Counted from the first letter of the whole stretch, positions 48,461-62,074 are shown. The stretch: 62,966 nucleotides of DNA, filler included, from Diploschistes diacapsis (GCA_023645945.1; 17 parts of 17 records of this genome joined end to end with filler, not necessarily neighbours in it); one strand, 5' to 3'. Made by a program: numbers and translations. The notes: a model not told the origin generated them from the sequence alone.

Positions 48461-48647
48461 AAAAACTGGGTGGGTTTATTGGGGGTTGCACCCCCAAACC
48501 CCTGCTTTTTATTATTATTGGGGATTGCATCCCCAAACCCCTGCTCCATAATTAAAGCTTAAAAAACTGGGTAAGTTTATTGGGGGTTGCATCTCTAAAC
48601 CCCTGCTTTTTTTTATTTGTGGGGATTGCATCTTTATATTCCTGCTT
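48461..48647. repeat. Tandem ~100-bp unit, 2 copies, each with two GGGGGTTGCACCCCC-AAACCCC hairpin motifs
   Basis: Four motif copies near 48481, 48520, 48581 and 48621, decaying towards the right. Confidence 0.85.
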
Positions 48648-48892
48648 ATGTTTAGCTGAACGTTCAGGAGTCTAAATANNNNNNNNNNNNNNNNNNNNNN
48701 NNNNNNNNNNNNNNNNNNNNNNTTAATTAATTAANNNNNNNNNNNNNNNNNNNNNNNNNNNNNNNNNNNNNNNNNNNNTAACACAATGCTTTCAGGAACC
48801 CCGAAGCACTGTTTCCCTATTACACTATATGTAGGTGCGTGGCTGTGGCAGTAGGGGGACCTGAACCCCAGGGCGCACCTTTGGGCGTTACA

Positions 48893-49166
48893 AAAATGAA
48901 CACGTCCTTAATTACGAAAGTTATAACGATATTTCTATATAATATAAGGCGATAGTTAATCGTCGATATTAGAATTATCGCGATAACGCTGTTATTAATA
49001 AATGGCTGTTTAGATAGATCTATCCCCGACAGATGTCTGTCGCTAGACATCTGTCAGTTACGTGACCCGGTGTCCGTGGTTGGCTCTATAAAAGGAATGG
49101 TTGAGAAGTGCCCCAGTCAGCTGTGACGTGCCAAGTAGCTACGCCCCAGCTACTTGGTTCGTAACA
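48893..49166 (-). mobile_element. 5' part of an LTR family A copy, abutting another TGTAACG-starting LTR-like sequence at 48892
   Basis: Starts TGTTACGAACCAAG on the minus strand; homologous to 58920-59180. Confidence 0.75.
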
Positions 49167-49679
49167 TTTACTTCTATTATCCCAACCTTTTCCTTAAATT
49201 AGTTTAAGATTTATAATTAATTTATCTTTTTTTATTTATAGTTCTTTTTTATACGAAATTAAATTTATTTTAATTAATATTTCGTATCTATTTTATAAAG
49301 ATAAAAATAAATATTTCAAATAACTTAACCGAGAGATCGTTTGTACTTCCGGGCTCAACTAAACTGAACCTTCCGGAATTAAGCCGGACTCACAGCCATG
49401 CCTTCTGCCTGCCTGCTGAACAGTCAGATTATTAACCTACATGGGTTAGTTTATCTGACTAATCATCTAGTGGACCCGAAGGTTCTAGGAGGTTCTAGAT
49501 TGGTCTAGACCTTATACAACATCATCGAGGGTCTTACTAGCAATGATCGATCGTTCTACTAGTAGCTGGAGGCTACTAGAAGGATGTTTGGATTATTGAT
49601 CCAATAATATTTGGACCATGGATCCAATAAACGTTGGATAATGAGATTCAATGTTTTGGTCCATGGATGCTGGATTGTG

Positions 49680-49895
49680 GCATCACGAAAAGTTTTTGGC
49701 GGCGAAACACCGCGAAAATCCGCGAAGTTGGCGAAACTGGCGAAACCGGCGAAATGGGCGACAGATAATGCGTTCAAGCGACTCGCCAACTTTCGCCAAA
49801 CGTTTTGGCGAAACGTGGCGAAACCGGCGAAACTGGCGAAACTGGCGAAAACCGGCAAAGATGGCGAGGCCAATCATTTTTTACTAATATACTAC
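49680..49895 (+). repeat. Unclassified element end with about 10 GGCGAAA(C) repeats in both orientations
   Basis: GGCGAAACTGGCGAAACCGGCGAAA arrays; homologous to 22686-22850. Confidence 0.75.
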
Positions 49896-49923
49896 GTAAG
49901 TAAAAAAAATTAATTATAATACA

Positions 49924-50109
49924 ACGTAAATGCATAACGAGCGGACACTTATAGCGAACGGATATCCCCCATTCGATTTTACGAACTTTTAACTTTTATA
50001 TCATTAAATAAAACCTAAATCTTAATATAAACCGCGTATTTTAGATATATAAAATTTCTCGTACGACGCTTATTACTCAACGCGATAATCGTATTTTAAG
50101 ATATAATAT
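49924..50109 (+). mobile_element. 5' end of a pogo/Fot1-like element (TIR ACGT..ATAACGAGCGGACAC with internal direct repeat)
   Basis: Same terminus as 54022 (-), which leads into transposase coding remnants. Confidence 0.7.
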
Positions 50110-51639
50110 NNNNNNNNNNNNNNNNNNNNNNNNNNNNNNNNNNNNNNNNNNNNTTAATTAATTAANNNNNNNNNNNNNNNNNNNNNNNNNNNNNNNNNNN
50201 NNNNNNNNNCTTTTATTATTTAGATATTTTGTTCAAAACTAAACCTGAACCGGTAAGGGTAGATGATGTAAAGTCATTTAGGGTGACTATAGTAGGCGAT
50301 AGTAGTTAATTATTAAGGACGTCATCTACTTCTTTACTTTTAAGGTATATGCGTATGAGTTTGAATTATTATTATTAGTTCTTTTTTTTAGAATAGGAGC
50401 AACCCGTTTCTTAAATAAGATGTCGTTCATTTTATTGTTATTTTCGTAAATAAAAAAGATTTGTTAAATGAATGACTCGTAGTTAATAAGTAATTGATGA
50501 ATAATATAGAAGATAATCTTTTATAATAGAAATAAAGGTAATCGAAGGGTTCAGTAAGGTTTAATTAAACTTCGATGGTTAACGAAAGGATCGAATGGAT
50601 CTAGTAACGAAAATAACGATTCGGTTAGATTTCGATAGTTAATAAATGATCGATAGGGTTCAGCGTGGTTCAATTGAACTTCGATATTGTCGAAAAGAAA
50701 AAAAGGTTGTTTTTCGTTAGCCTATACAGATAATATTTAGATCCAATTATTTCTTATTTAAACCTACCCTAGGCCAGCGTAATAAAATCCCGCGTTCTTT
50801 TAAAATAATATAACTTCTATCTTTAAATCCGCCCACCCTAGGGTCTTATGATTCAGATCCTAAGCTTTCGGATCTTTTCGATTTAGACCTTTTAAATAAA
50901 GCCAGCGTATTCGATCCCGCGTTCGTAACCGTTTCAACTACCGAAAAAACTTATTTCTAATAATTAAAAACGAAGTAAGAATAAATTAACCCGGGTTTAT
51001 AACCTATTTGGCAACGTAATGGATATATTAAAATCTAAAGGTCTTATTCTAGAAAGTATTTTATTGTATAAACTTTTATACCCAACGGGATTCGCTAAGT
51101 TTTATTATTTATACTATATTTAATCGGTTTAGTTAGGATTTTACCGGATTTTATAAGGTTCAATAAAACTAAACTGAACTTCCCGGGTTCTCCCAGTGAA
51201 CCTCTTGGAACAAGCCGAGCTCACAGCCATGCCTTCCGTCTACCTGCTCAACACTACCCGTATTATATAAAAGCTTCATTTCTTAAAAATAAGATTAATT
51301 TTCGTTATATTAATATTAACTTACGTAAGTACGTTGAAAATGATGCGGGGCGTAATATTATTTGAAAATTTATTAACCTAAACGATAAAGTTATAGATAA
51401 CTATACTGAATTATTTTTAAAAATATATAAAAAAAATTCGGAAATGATGGAAAATATTATAGTCTCGATAAAAAAACGGATTGATATTAAAAGACGATTT
51501 AATATATGTAGTCGATAAGAAGATATAAACTCCGTATAANNNNNNNNNNNNNNNNNNNNNNNNNNNNNNNNNNNNNNNNNNNNTTAATTAATTAANNNNN
51601 NNNNNNNNNNNNNNNNNNNNNNNNNNNNNNNNNNNNNNN

Positions 51640-51760
51640 ATCTTTTACTTATCACGTGACCCGTGTCACCCTAATTGGACTATATATAAGGAATAATTAG
51701 GAAGTGCCCGACTAGCTGTTGCGTGCCAAGTACTGCAGAACAGTACCTTGGATCGTAACA
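51640..51760 (-). mobile_element. 5' end of an LTR family A copy
   Basis: TGTTACGATCCAAG..CAGCTAGTCGGGCACTTCC..GGTCACGTGA. Confidence 0.75.
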
Positions 51761-51975
51761 AATCTAAACCCCAAAAAATAGACGAAAAAGATGTTTTAAT
51801 AATAATGACCATGTATTAAGATAAAAAGCTATTTAACACGATCTTTGTTATTAATAAACTAGAACGGGATAATAAGCAGTATTCGTCGGTTTAAACTTTA
51901 AGGAGCTTTATCGTATTAATCGCCAGCGAGCAAAAAATGATTAGCGATATTAAGTTAAGATCATCTCGAATCAGT

Positions 51976-52186
51976 ATTCCAAAAAGCTATAGAGAAGCCG
52001 TTAATAACTTAATTTTTGAAGGAGAATGGAAGGAAGCAATAAGGAAGAAGATCGATTTTTTATTTTTAAATTAGATCTAAACTGAATTACCTGAACCAAG
52101 GAATATTAATATAATAAACTTTAAGTAGGTATTTGACGTAAAATACAATCTTAATAGCGATATTGAAAGGTTTAAAGCTAGATTAG
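51976..52186 (+). mobile_element. Ty1/copia reverse transcriptase N-terminal remnant
   Basis: IPKSYREA..EWKEAI..K*VFDVKY..IERFKARLV, cut off by an LTR insertion. Confidence 0.85.
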
Positions 52187-52485
52187 TGAGACAGCCCAGC
52201 CCAGGGGCCTGCCAAGCTGGGCCTGCCAAGCCACGGCAGGGTCAATGCCCAGGTGCTTGCCAAGACACGGCAGGGTCAGGGGGTGGCTGTGTAGATGGGT
52301 AATCCCCGAACCCTGGTAGGCTGGCACCCATATTACTTAACGGTGCCCTCCTTTCACCTAGATAATTTCTTTTTTAGCTTTTTAAATCGAAACCTTTTAC
52401 TTGTAGATACTTAAGCTATATCTAATCCTTCCGGATCAGGTCCAGCCTCCGATAAAATAATATCCTTTCCTGCGCTGGCGTTTTA
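52187..52485 (+). mobile_element. LTR family B copy inserted into the copia RT
   Basis: TGAGACAG...GCGTTTTA; homologous to 24084-24387. The flanks do not form a TSD, so it is probably a 5' LTR followed by internal sequence. Confidence 0.75.
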
Positions 52486-53069
52486 TATTCGAAAAACTTA
52501 CTTTATCTTTATACTCGTGACGAGAGTTTAAAACGTTAACCGAACTAAGTATTCGAGTAAATCTACGATAACCGAACTCGAAAGTATTATCCGCCGACTT
52601 ATTATAAATAATGGCCCCCGCTGATAAAAAGGATTAAAAAAGAAGGAGAGAATTTATAGTACCTTCGATTTTTAAAAAATTAACCGAGATCTTAACGGTT
52701 AAAAAATACGATTTAAAAGATAAATCGATAGTTAAAAAACAATCTATAAAGTATCTTACGTTACGATAATTATTTATATTAAGAACTTTCGAAGAATTTA
52801 ATACTAACGAAGAATCAGTACGGGGAAGATTTCAAAAAGGTTCCCGCGACGAATCCAAGCGAAAAATATCTTCGTTCAAAGACCCGATAAAAAAATAAAT
52901 TAACTAAAATAACGTTATCGAGAACGTAATAAAATTATAAGCGTAAGAACGAGTAGAAAAGATTTATTANNNNNNNNNNNNNNNNNNNNNNNNNNNNNNN
53001 NNNNNNNNNNNNNTTAATTAATTAANNNNNNNNNNNNNNNNNNNNNNNNNNNNNNNNNNNNNNNNNNNN

Positions 53070-53421
53070 TACCGTGAATCCACCGAAACACCGCGATAAA
53101 AAAATAAAAACGTGAAAAAATAAACGTAATAATTTTAAAATTATTAAAAAATAAATATTATTTAAAAATATTTCGATAAATACACGGATACGATAATAAA
53201 TCTATTAATACGAATATTACGATTAAAAAATTTAAAACACGGATATTTCTACGGATATTATATTATAATAAAAACACGGACACGGATATTACGATTAAAA
53301 ACTTTAAAATATGGATATTTCCACGGACATTACACTATAGTAAAAGCACGGACACGGACATTACGGCTGAAAATTTTAAAACACGGATACTGCCACGGCC
53401 GTGTCCGTGACGGCCAGCCTA
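53070..53421 (-). mobile_element. Partial copy of the TAGGCTGGCCGT MITE
   Basis: CACGGA arrays ending GTGACGGCCAGCCTA. Confidence 0.85.
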
Positions 53422-53439
53422 CCATTACGTTGCGAAACA

Positions 53440-54022
53440 GAAATTATAAATATCCGAATCGAAAATACTATATTTATTAATCACGTTACGTACGAGAACG
53501 AATTAATTTCGTACGACTCGTAGATCTTTAATTAATATTTCTAATAATCGATTTTACGTTAAAATCGTATTTTAAGTATTTTTTGCTTTCGTACGAAATT
53601 TTATGCTTATCGTGATCCGATCGGCCGCGTATTTCGAACTACGCGTATTAGATTAACTATATCGCGTATATCGTTTTATCGCGGCGGAAAATTATATTCG
53701 ATTAAATTAATCGTATATTTAAAAATCGTTTCTTCTTTTAACACGATTCAATTTATTAAGTAAATTAAAATATCGTATCTTAAAGTACGATTATCGCGTC
53801 GAGTATTAAGCGTCGTAGGAAAAATTGATATATCTAAAATACGCGTTTTATATTATGATTTAGGTCTTATTTAATAGCCTAAAGTGCTATTATGATTCTT
53901 TTTTTAATTAAAGATGATTCTATGACCGTACGCGTAAAAATAAAATACAAAAGTTAAAAGTTCGTAAAATTAAATGAGGGATATCCGTTCGTTATGAATG
54001 TCCACTCGCTATATATATACGT
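53440..54022 (-). mobile_element. 5' part of a Fot1-like transposon: TIR plus CENP-B-type HTH coding remnant
   Basis: TA-ACGT terminus; EETIFKY..FPPR..NFVR..LKIRF*RKIDY..DIYNF, overlapping the start of the 20813 remnant. Confidence 0.8.
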
Positions 54023-55927
54023 TATATATAAAAATATTTCTAAATTACCGTGTAAAATAATAATTCTTAAGATCGAGATCAAGATATTTCGTACGACAAA
54101 TAAGGTACTTATTAAACGAAAAAGGGTTAAAAACGCGCGTACGAGCTGAATAATCACTTAACGTATTAAAAATAATCGCATTATAGTCTTTAAAGGCCGA
54201 AATTCGTGTAAAAAAAGCTGATATGTTTAAAAATAAAAGTCGTACGAAGGAAATCGGATTGCGCGTAAGACGTTATAATAAACATAATCAGTCCGGATAT
54301 AATACGCGAACTTCTGAAATAAAATCTATAGCTTCTAAAAAAGATATTAATAATTAATATAATAAATTATCGTACGAATTGATTACGTAAATATAATTNN
54401 NNNNNNNNNNNNNNNNNNNNNNNNNNNNNNNNNNNNNNNNNNTTAATTAATTAANNNNNNNNNNNNNNNNNNNNNNNNNNNNNNNNNNNNNNNNNNNNGG
54501 AAGTAATAAGAGAAGTTAGGTTAAAGACTTTTTTGTATCCTAGACTAGCGTGTCCGGTAATAATCATCTCTATATAACTAAAATATTTGCAGTTATTTAT
54601 TTTAGCGTGCGGTTTAGGATGTTGGTGTGGCGGAATGGCCCTACATTCTATATACTTAAAGTAGGCGAATTTTCACAAGTATTAAATGTAAAAAGTGAAG
54701 CTATTTAGAAATTAGATTTGTATATAAATATAAGAATGAGCGCGATGCAGCGCTTAATTATTATAAGAAGCCCCTTTAATGTTTATTACACTTCTTTTAC
54801 CGTCGTTTCCCTCGCCGTTACTCTCAATTCTCGGTCGCGTAATTAGGCGGTATTAGCATTACGGACGTGTTGACGATTTAATTATTTATCGCTAATATTC
54901 TATAACTGGGCCCGTAGGGTAGAATTGTCGACACCGCGTAATTATCTCGTGATATCCGCGACGGCGTAATTCAGGAAGATCTGCTTGTAGATAAGGTCTG
55001 TGAAGACCTCAGGTACCTTCACTCGGTCGGCGTCTGCCAGAGAGTCGACGTGACTTTCCGAGCAGGTGCGCGTTCGATTGACGAGCAACCCGTACTTGAT
55101 CGAAGGGTCGTCGAGCAGTAAATGTTCGCTCAAGAAATCGAGAAAGCATTGGCTATATAAGAACCTTTATCATGGCTCTCATAAGCCCTGGTGTGTTCAT
55201 TATTATGTATCTTATAATCTAGATAAAGCAATACATCCTTTAGTATACTCTATCATCGAACCTTCTTCGAGAACAATCCAAAACCTGTGATTACTTTACT
55301 TCTTCTCCAGTTATTCACTCCTCTCCTATACGAGACCAAACCAGGGCGATTCGGGAACACCACCTGTTCCCCATCCCGGTCACATATAATATGTCTACCA
55401 AGCTGTTTAGCTCATATCTAATTTTCATAATAATTAATATATATTATATATACGAGTTACACTGCGTCACAAGCTTGCCATCTCCGATATATTCATATAA
55501 ATTATAAAAAGTTAATTTCAAAACAAACGCGGATTAAATCCGCCTAAATAATTATATAAAGAACTAAATCTCTATATAGAAATACCGTAAAAGATTAAAA
55601 CTAATTAAATTAAAGCTTTAAAGCCCTCTACGCCCCAATATAGCCCCCAAAAAACAGTCATCTGTAAGACCAAGCAAGGAGCATGCCAAGAGTCGGACAA
55701 GCGGCACTCAGGGTCTTAGCTTGCGGGTACTTGAAGGAAGATTTTGTCTTTCTTACTCTTTCTTTTTTTTTAATAATTAGTTCTAGCATAAATTTACATT
55801 ACGTATAATTATCTTGCTATATTATCGNNNNNNNNNNNNNNNNNNNNNNNNNNNNNNNNNNNNNNNNNNNNTTAATTAATTAANNNNNNNNNNNNNNNNN
55901 NNNNNNNNNNNNNNNNNNNNNNNNNNN

Positions 55928-56418
55928 TTTATTAAATATTATCGAATTACGAAAAATCAATAAAGATTAATCAGACGTTGCGAGCTATTTTAGATTTAAT
56001 TAGTCCGATTGAACGTTATTCGATTCGAATAACCCGTATGTTTAAATCGACGTATATTAAATTTATAACGCTTCGTAAAAAATCGTGAACAAAAAACGCT
56101 TCTTAAGAATCGTAAAAAACGTAAAATAAATAAACGAATCGAATTAAAAGGTTGTTTTATGTTTAACACAGACGAAGTCCTTAAGATAATAGCTCGGGTT
56201 AAATCGAGTCGGATAGTTTCGAAACGACTTACAACGCGTAAAAAACGTCGTCGCGTTTCTAATATCGAGAAAGATAAAAAGAAGGAAGATAAATTCGATT
56301 TAGATCGATTAGATTTTAATTACGACGAACAGGTTATATCTAATAACCGTAGAATGTTGGCGTTAGTGATTTGAGGTAACCGGAATCTAGGGGCGGCCGG
56401 AATCCCCGTGAAACACGT
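55928..56418 (+). mobile_element. 3' end of the pogo-like element
   Basis: Ends CCGGAATCCCCGTGAAACACGT-TA; homologous to 22939-23420. Confidence 0.75.
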
Positions 56419-57356
56419 TAGTCGAGACAATCCTATGATGTCTATTTATCGAGAATTATTTTTTACAAATTAGATATAAACTTAGGGTTTCGATTTGATA
56501 TGATAACACGTGACAGACCTTAGTTTTAATCTTAACCTGTTAATTAGTGCTGTCGCCCAAGCGTTTATAGACCAGCTCTTCTTACCTAATATTAATCATA
56601 TAGTTTAATAAACATGTCGGTGATTAATATGATGGTGTTGTAATTAATTATACTTTTCGGTAAACTTAGGATGAAGTTTATAATAAATATATAGAACAGT
56701 TTAGTAGGCGATAGGATAGATTGTAGATATCCGTAAGGTCTATATCTAGGTGTTTATTCGTTAATAATAAGAATTGAATTGAATGTATTTACGGAGCTTT
56801 TTCGTTAGATCTTAGATATAGAATTATTTTATTAATCTTTTATGCGAGCGCGCGTAATTTAGATATCTATTCGTATTATGAACTTATATTCAGAATCTTT
56901 GTTCTAGTGTCGTAAACATATAGAGTTTATACCCGGTTTCTAGATCGTCGAAATCGAAGATTCCGTTTATTAGCTTGAAAGGAAGCCGTATTGTAAATTT
57001 TTTAATTTCGTGATTCTTTTATATCTTTGTTAGGACTTTTTGTTATCTGGGTTTTTTATATCTAGTTTTGAGTAGATCTTAAAAATATTGCTACGATTGT
57101 AATTGAGTAAGTTTTGATCTAGATGTTACTTTAAAAGGCGTTTAATATTCTTTCGTTAGATTCGATTTTTAATTCTTTCGAGGATAATTTTGAAAATGTA
57201 TTTGGAACTAGATTTTTTTCTTAAAATGTATTTAACTTCGATTTTAAAGCGTTATANNNNNNNNNNNNNNNNNNNNNNNNNNNNNNNNNNNNNNNNNNNN
57301 TTAATTAATTAANNNNNNNNNNNNNNNNNNNNNNNNNNNNNNNNNNNNNNNNNNNN

Positions 57357-57579
57357 GAATTAAATCGAGTCGAATAATTTCGAAACGATTTATAACGCGT
57401 AAAAAACGTTATCGCATTTTTAAAATTAAAAAAGATAAAGAAAAAAAAGATAGATTCGATTTAGATCGATTAGATTTTAATTATAACGAATAAGTTATAT
57501 TTAAAAACCGTAGAATGTTAACGGTAATGATTTGAGGTGACCGGATTCTGGGGGTGGCCGGACTCACCGTCAAACACGT
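57357..57579 (+). mobile_element. 3' end of the pogo-like element, third copy
   Basis: Ends CCGGACTCACCGTCAAACACGT-TA. Confidence 0.75.
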
Positions 57580-57631
57580 TAATTAAAGAAAATAAGAATT
57601 ATACGAAAGTAATATTATTAGATCGATTCGA

Positions 57632-58685
57632 TTTATTATTTATTTATTTAATCTTACTCTAATCTATCCCTCGGGGGGCATGTAGGACTAACTATGCGTC
57701 TTCTCTAAGGAAAAACCTCTGGGGTGCCAAAACCCTAGAATTCGGCGTTTACTGCTTTACTGGCGATTCGGTTCCTATCCGTTCTTACGCCGCTTATAAT
57801 ACCTTGTCGAGTTATTATTGTTTAATTGACCGGGGCATCGTAAAATAAAGAAGACGCGAAATTATACTAGATTAAACGGCCTATACGTATAATTCAGCCG
57901 GAAAGGATTCGGATCCCTTACGGGTCTATCGTTAATTATTTTTAGTTTAATTTTTCTTAATTTCTTAATTCTTCCCTATTATATAGGATATAAAAAATGG
58001 TTATATATCGAACCGTTTTTAATCCGCCGCTATAGCGGCATTTTGACGATTCAATTTCGGGGACGTTCCATTTTTTAAAATATTTATTTAATCCTTTTAT
58101 ACCTGTTCTTACTTAAATCGTTATTAACTTTTCTATTTTTTTTAATCTTTAATATAAATCGAGAATCTTGCGACCCCTCGGTATTATAATAATATCCTTT
58201 TTTCGTTTCCTTTCCGGGTTCCTTCCGTTGGTTTTCTTTTCTTTCTATTTTTCCGTTCTTTTTGTCTATTCTTTTTTTATTTATTCTTTTATTCCTTTTT
58301 CTTTTTGTTTTTATCGTTTATTTATATCGTCCGAAATTAAACTAATATCGGCTTAATTTCCGTTTTCCGTTCTCGTTTTGATCGTAATCTTTTCGTTATC
58401 GTTATATATCGTTTTTTAATTTCCGTTATTATTCCGCTGATTTCGAATCTTCGATAAATGCGCGTGTTTATATATCGGTTAAGTAAAGATCCGTCGAAGG
58501 TACATAAATCTCGATTTTTAATCTCGTAATCGAAATTAACCTATACGCCCCCGTAATTATACGAAATATATAATTCTAAAAACGTTCGGGCCTTTTTCTT
58601 TCTTTTTTAGATTTAAATTATTACGGTTCTATTTATATCCCATTTTCGTATAATATACTCGTTCTTATTTTTACGTAATATAATT
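57632..58685 (-). mobile_element. 3' portion of a Tad1-like LINE with (TAAA)n tail
   Basis: 58360-58685 matches 21735-22070. Eroded CCHC region (KCRYSGGLKTVRYI) and tail TAAATAAATAAATAATAAAT near 57632-57651. Confidence 0.75.
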
Positions 58686-58919
58686 NNNNNNNNNNNNNNN
58701 NNNNNNNNNNNNNNNNNNNNNNNNNNNNNTTAATTAATTAANNNNNNNNNNNNNNNNNNNNNNNNNNNNNNNNNNNNNNNNNNNNACATATATTTTTATT
58801 ATATTTAATAAACGAAAACTTATTTTAAAAGATAAAGACCGAAGAAGAGGATAGATTTTTTATAATAATGATTTTGTATAATTTATTTTTAAGCTTATAG
58901 TTATAGTTCTGTTCTTTAT

Positions 58920-60112
58920 TGTTACGATCCAGGGTACCAGATGGTCACCTGGCACGTCACAGCTAGTCGGGCACTTCCCAACCATTCCTTGTATATAGCC
59001 AACCACGGACGCTAGGTCACGTGACTGACAGATATCCAGTGACAGACGTCTGTCAGGGACAGATCTGCCTGGGTAGCTATCTGTCAGTAATAGCTCTGTC
59101 GTAACAGTTCTGTTGTCGGTAACCAGCTGTTGCTCTGAATTATATAGGAACGCGTTATGGCTTTTATGAATCGGGGTATATTCATTTTTTTATAGATATC
59201 TTTAACGATCACTCGAGATCAATCTATATTCGTAATTTTTTATTATTAGAAAATAATCTTTTTAAAGATTAATATAGATTTATAACCTATTTATTTCTTT
59301 TTTTTTATATTTTTTTTATTAGGAATCAAATTTATTTTAATTAATATTTCGTGTTTACGTTATAGAAACAAAGATTATAACATTTAAACATCTTTTAAAA
59401 TAAATATAATCAGAAGGACGATCGGGCGATCGTTAAAAATTAAATCCGTATTATTTTAAAAAATATCGAAATTCGATATAATTATAACGGATACCGCGGA
59501 AGTTAGAGGAAACGATCTCGGAAGTAATAATAAGATCGGTAAAGATGTTTTTAAAATGAAAGTTTAGAAATTTAATAAGTATAACGGAAACCGTAAGAAG
59601 TTTAAATAGTGGCTTTTATAACTCGCTCTGAATTTCTATTGGGACTTTCGTATTGATAGCGTCGAAGGCGGAAAGACCGTTTACGCTGCGGGCTTCATGC
59701 GTGACCGCGCATTTGCATGGATCGAGCCGCATCTACATGCGTATCTTTTTAAGCAACAGGATGACCTGAGAATGTTCGCCAACTACCGCGAAATTCCAGG
59801 AATACTCCAAGAAAACTGAGTGGGATGACAACGCCTTGATGGAGATGTACCGCGAAGGCCTTAAGGAGTCTGTCAAAGACGAACTCATGCGCAATTGAGA
59901 TAACATCGGAAGTCTTAACGCTTTATAAGCACGAACTATAATAATAAACGACCGATTATTTAATCGAGATTAGAAACGTCGTTTTAAACGAAAAAGTATT
60001 ATAGGTCTAGGATCCCGATACCGTATTAATTATATAAAAAACATATAAAATATAAAATATAAAATATATAAATAACGACGTTATAAATATTAATATTTTA
60101 ATTAGTAAATCC
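58920..60112 (+). mobile_element. Ty3/gypsy retrotransposon 5' end: LTR family A (58920-59382) and gag remnant
   Basis: LTR TGTTAC...ATAACA; gag-like YAAGFMRDRAFAWIEP and EFQEYSKKTEWDDNALMEMYREGLKESVKDEL. Confidence 0.85.
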
Positions 60113-61639
60113 NNNNNNNNNNNNNNNNNNNNNNNNNNNNNNNNNNNNNNNNNNNNTTAATTAATTAANNNNNNNNNNNNNNNNNNNNNNNNNNNNNNNN
60201 NNNNNNNNNNNNTCCCTCAATAATTCGCTATTTTATAACGAATTTTATATAAGTTTTATTAATAAAAAACTTAAATCCCGTTATTTTCCTATCCTAACGT
60301 AGTTCTATATCTTTTAAATAACGATAATATTTAAAAACTTATTCTTTTTAATATTTCCTTCTCGACGTAATAATGCTTTTAAACGTAATAACGCTGCTAA
60401 ATTTAATTTCCTATATTCTACTTTCTCGAATCACGAGGATAGAAGAACGGTAATTATTTAAAAATATTCCTAACTTCCATCGTATTTATATTATATTTCG
60501 TTTTACTAGCTAGATAATAAGGCGGTAATTATTTAAAGTTATTTTTAATTTCCGCTATATTTATTCTATCCATAGGTGTTCCTTTAAGCAGTTATATTAG
60601 GTAGCACGTCCGCCGCCTTCCTTTCTTTCCCATCTTTTTTCTAATTACATTTCTTAGATAAGCGGCAGCAAGCAAGTAAGCAAGAGGTAAGTAAATAGAT
60701 CAATATATAAACATAAAATAAGCAAAAAAACATAAAGTAGAAAAATTAATTATATAAAAAAATAAATAAGCAAGTATGTAAATAAGTATCAGATAAATAA
60801 GTAAAGAAGTAAGTTTATTATAAAACTAATAGATCAATCAGCCAGCAAACAACCGAACGGCCATATAAATAAACAAATAGATTTTATCTTATTTTATCTT
60901 ATTATAATTATAGGTCCCTAGGGTCTTATAATGTAAACATAAAAGTAGGCCGCAGACTTGGTGGGGGTGGTCTCCACAGGGCAGCTCCATTTAAGGAGGC
61001 CTGCTAGGTAGCTCTAGAGAATGCAATGCATCCTACACCTCACAAATGTCCTACCTAGGTATGCTGTTAATTACGAAATCATATTACATTCACCTACTAC
61101 ACCACCTACGACTATCTACCTACTACAGCAAGGGAAGTCTCCCTAGACAGCGCGCCTTATGTTTATAATAAGGGCCAACCTGAGGACTTGTCTAAAGACC
61201 CTTCTACATCTTATGAAAGATAAGGAAAAAGTTACGATCTAAAAGCTTTAAATATGACAAAAAGATATTATTTATAAAAATATAAAAAGAAAAAGGAAAG
61301 GAACATCTAATTGTCCTTAAATAACCTGCCAATATTGAAAAGATAAAAAAATATAATTTAATTAAGATATATTTAAAAGGTTAGGTTACGGATAGATGGG
61401 ATGTTGAAAAAGAATTGGAAGTTAAAGATTATCGGTATTGGAAACGATAGATATTATTAGCTCGAGTTATTTGATACCGGACGGAAATTAAATAAATTAA
61501 TTAAAATTACGCGAATACGAATACGAGGGAAAGGAAATCNNNNNNNNNNNNNNNNNNNNNNNNNNNNNNNNNNNNNNNNNNNNTTAATTAATTAANNNNN
61601 NNNNNNNNNNNNNNNNNNNNNNNNNNNNNNNNNNNNNNN

Positions 61640-61993
61640 CGTGTCCGTGTTTTTACTGCATTGCGGTGTCCGTGTTAGTGCTTTTACTACATTATAATAT
61701 CCGTGTCAGTACTTTTACTGCATTGTAGTATCCGTGTCAGTGTCCGTGTTTTAAAAATTTTAATTATAATATCCGTGTCCGTGCTTTTATTATAATATAA
61801 TATCCGTGTTAATATCCGTGCCGAGAAATTTTTTACTACGGTATCCGTGTTCGTGCTTTTATTATAATGCAGTGTCCGTGTTAATGTCCGTGCCGAGAAA
61901 ATTTTTTCTGCGGTGTCCGTGTCAGTGTCCGTGTTTTGAAATTTTTTGCTGCAGTGTCCGTGTCAGTGACCGTGGCACGAAACGGCCAGCCTA
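61640..61993 (+). mobile_element. Partial, longer variant of the TAGGCTGGCCGT MITE
   Basis: TCCGTG arrays ending CACGAAACGGCCAGCCTA. Confidence 0.85.
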
Positions 61994-62074
61994 GGTATAA
62001 GAGCTTGCATGCAGACTATTCTTTCTAGTTAGATCTCTAGATATCTAGACTTCAATACATGCGTTGCCCAAAAA

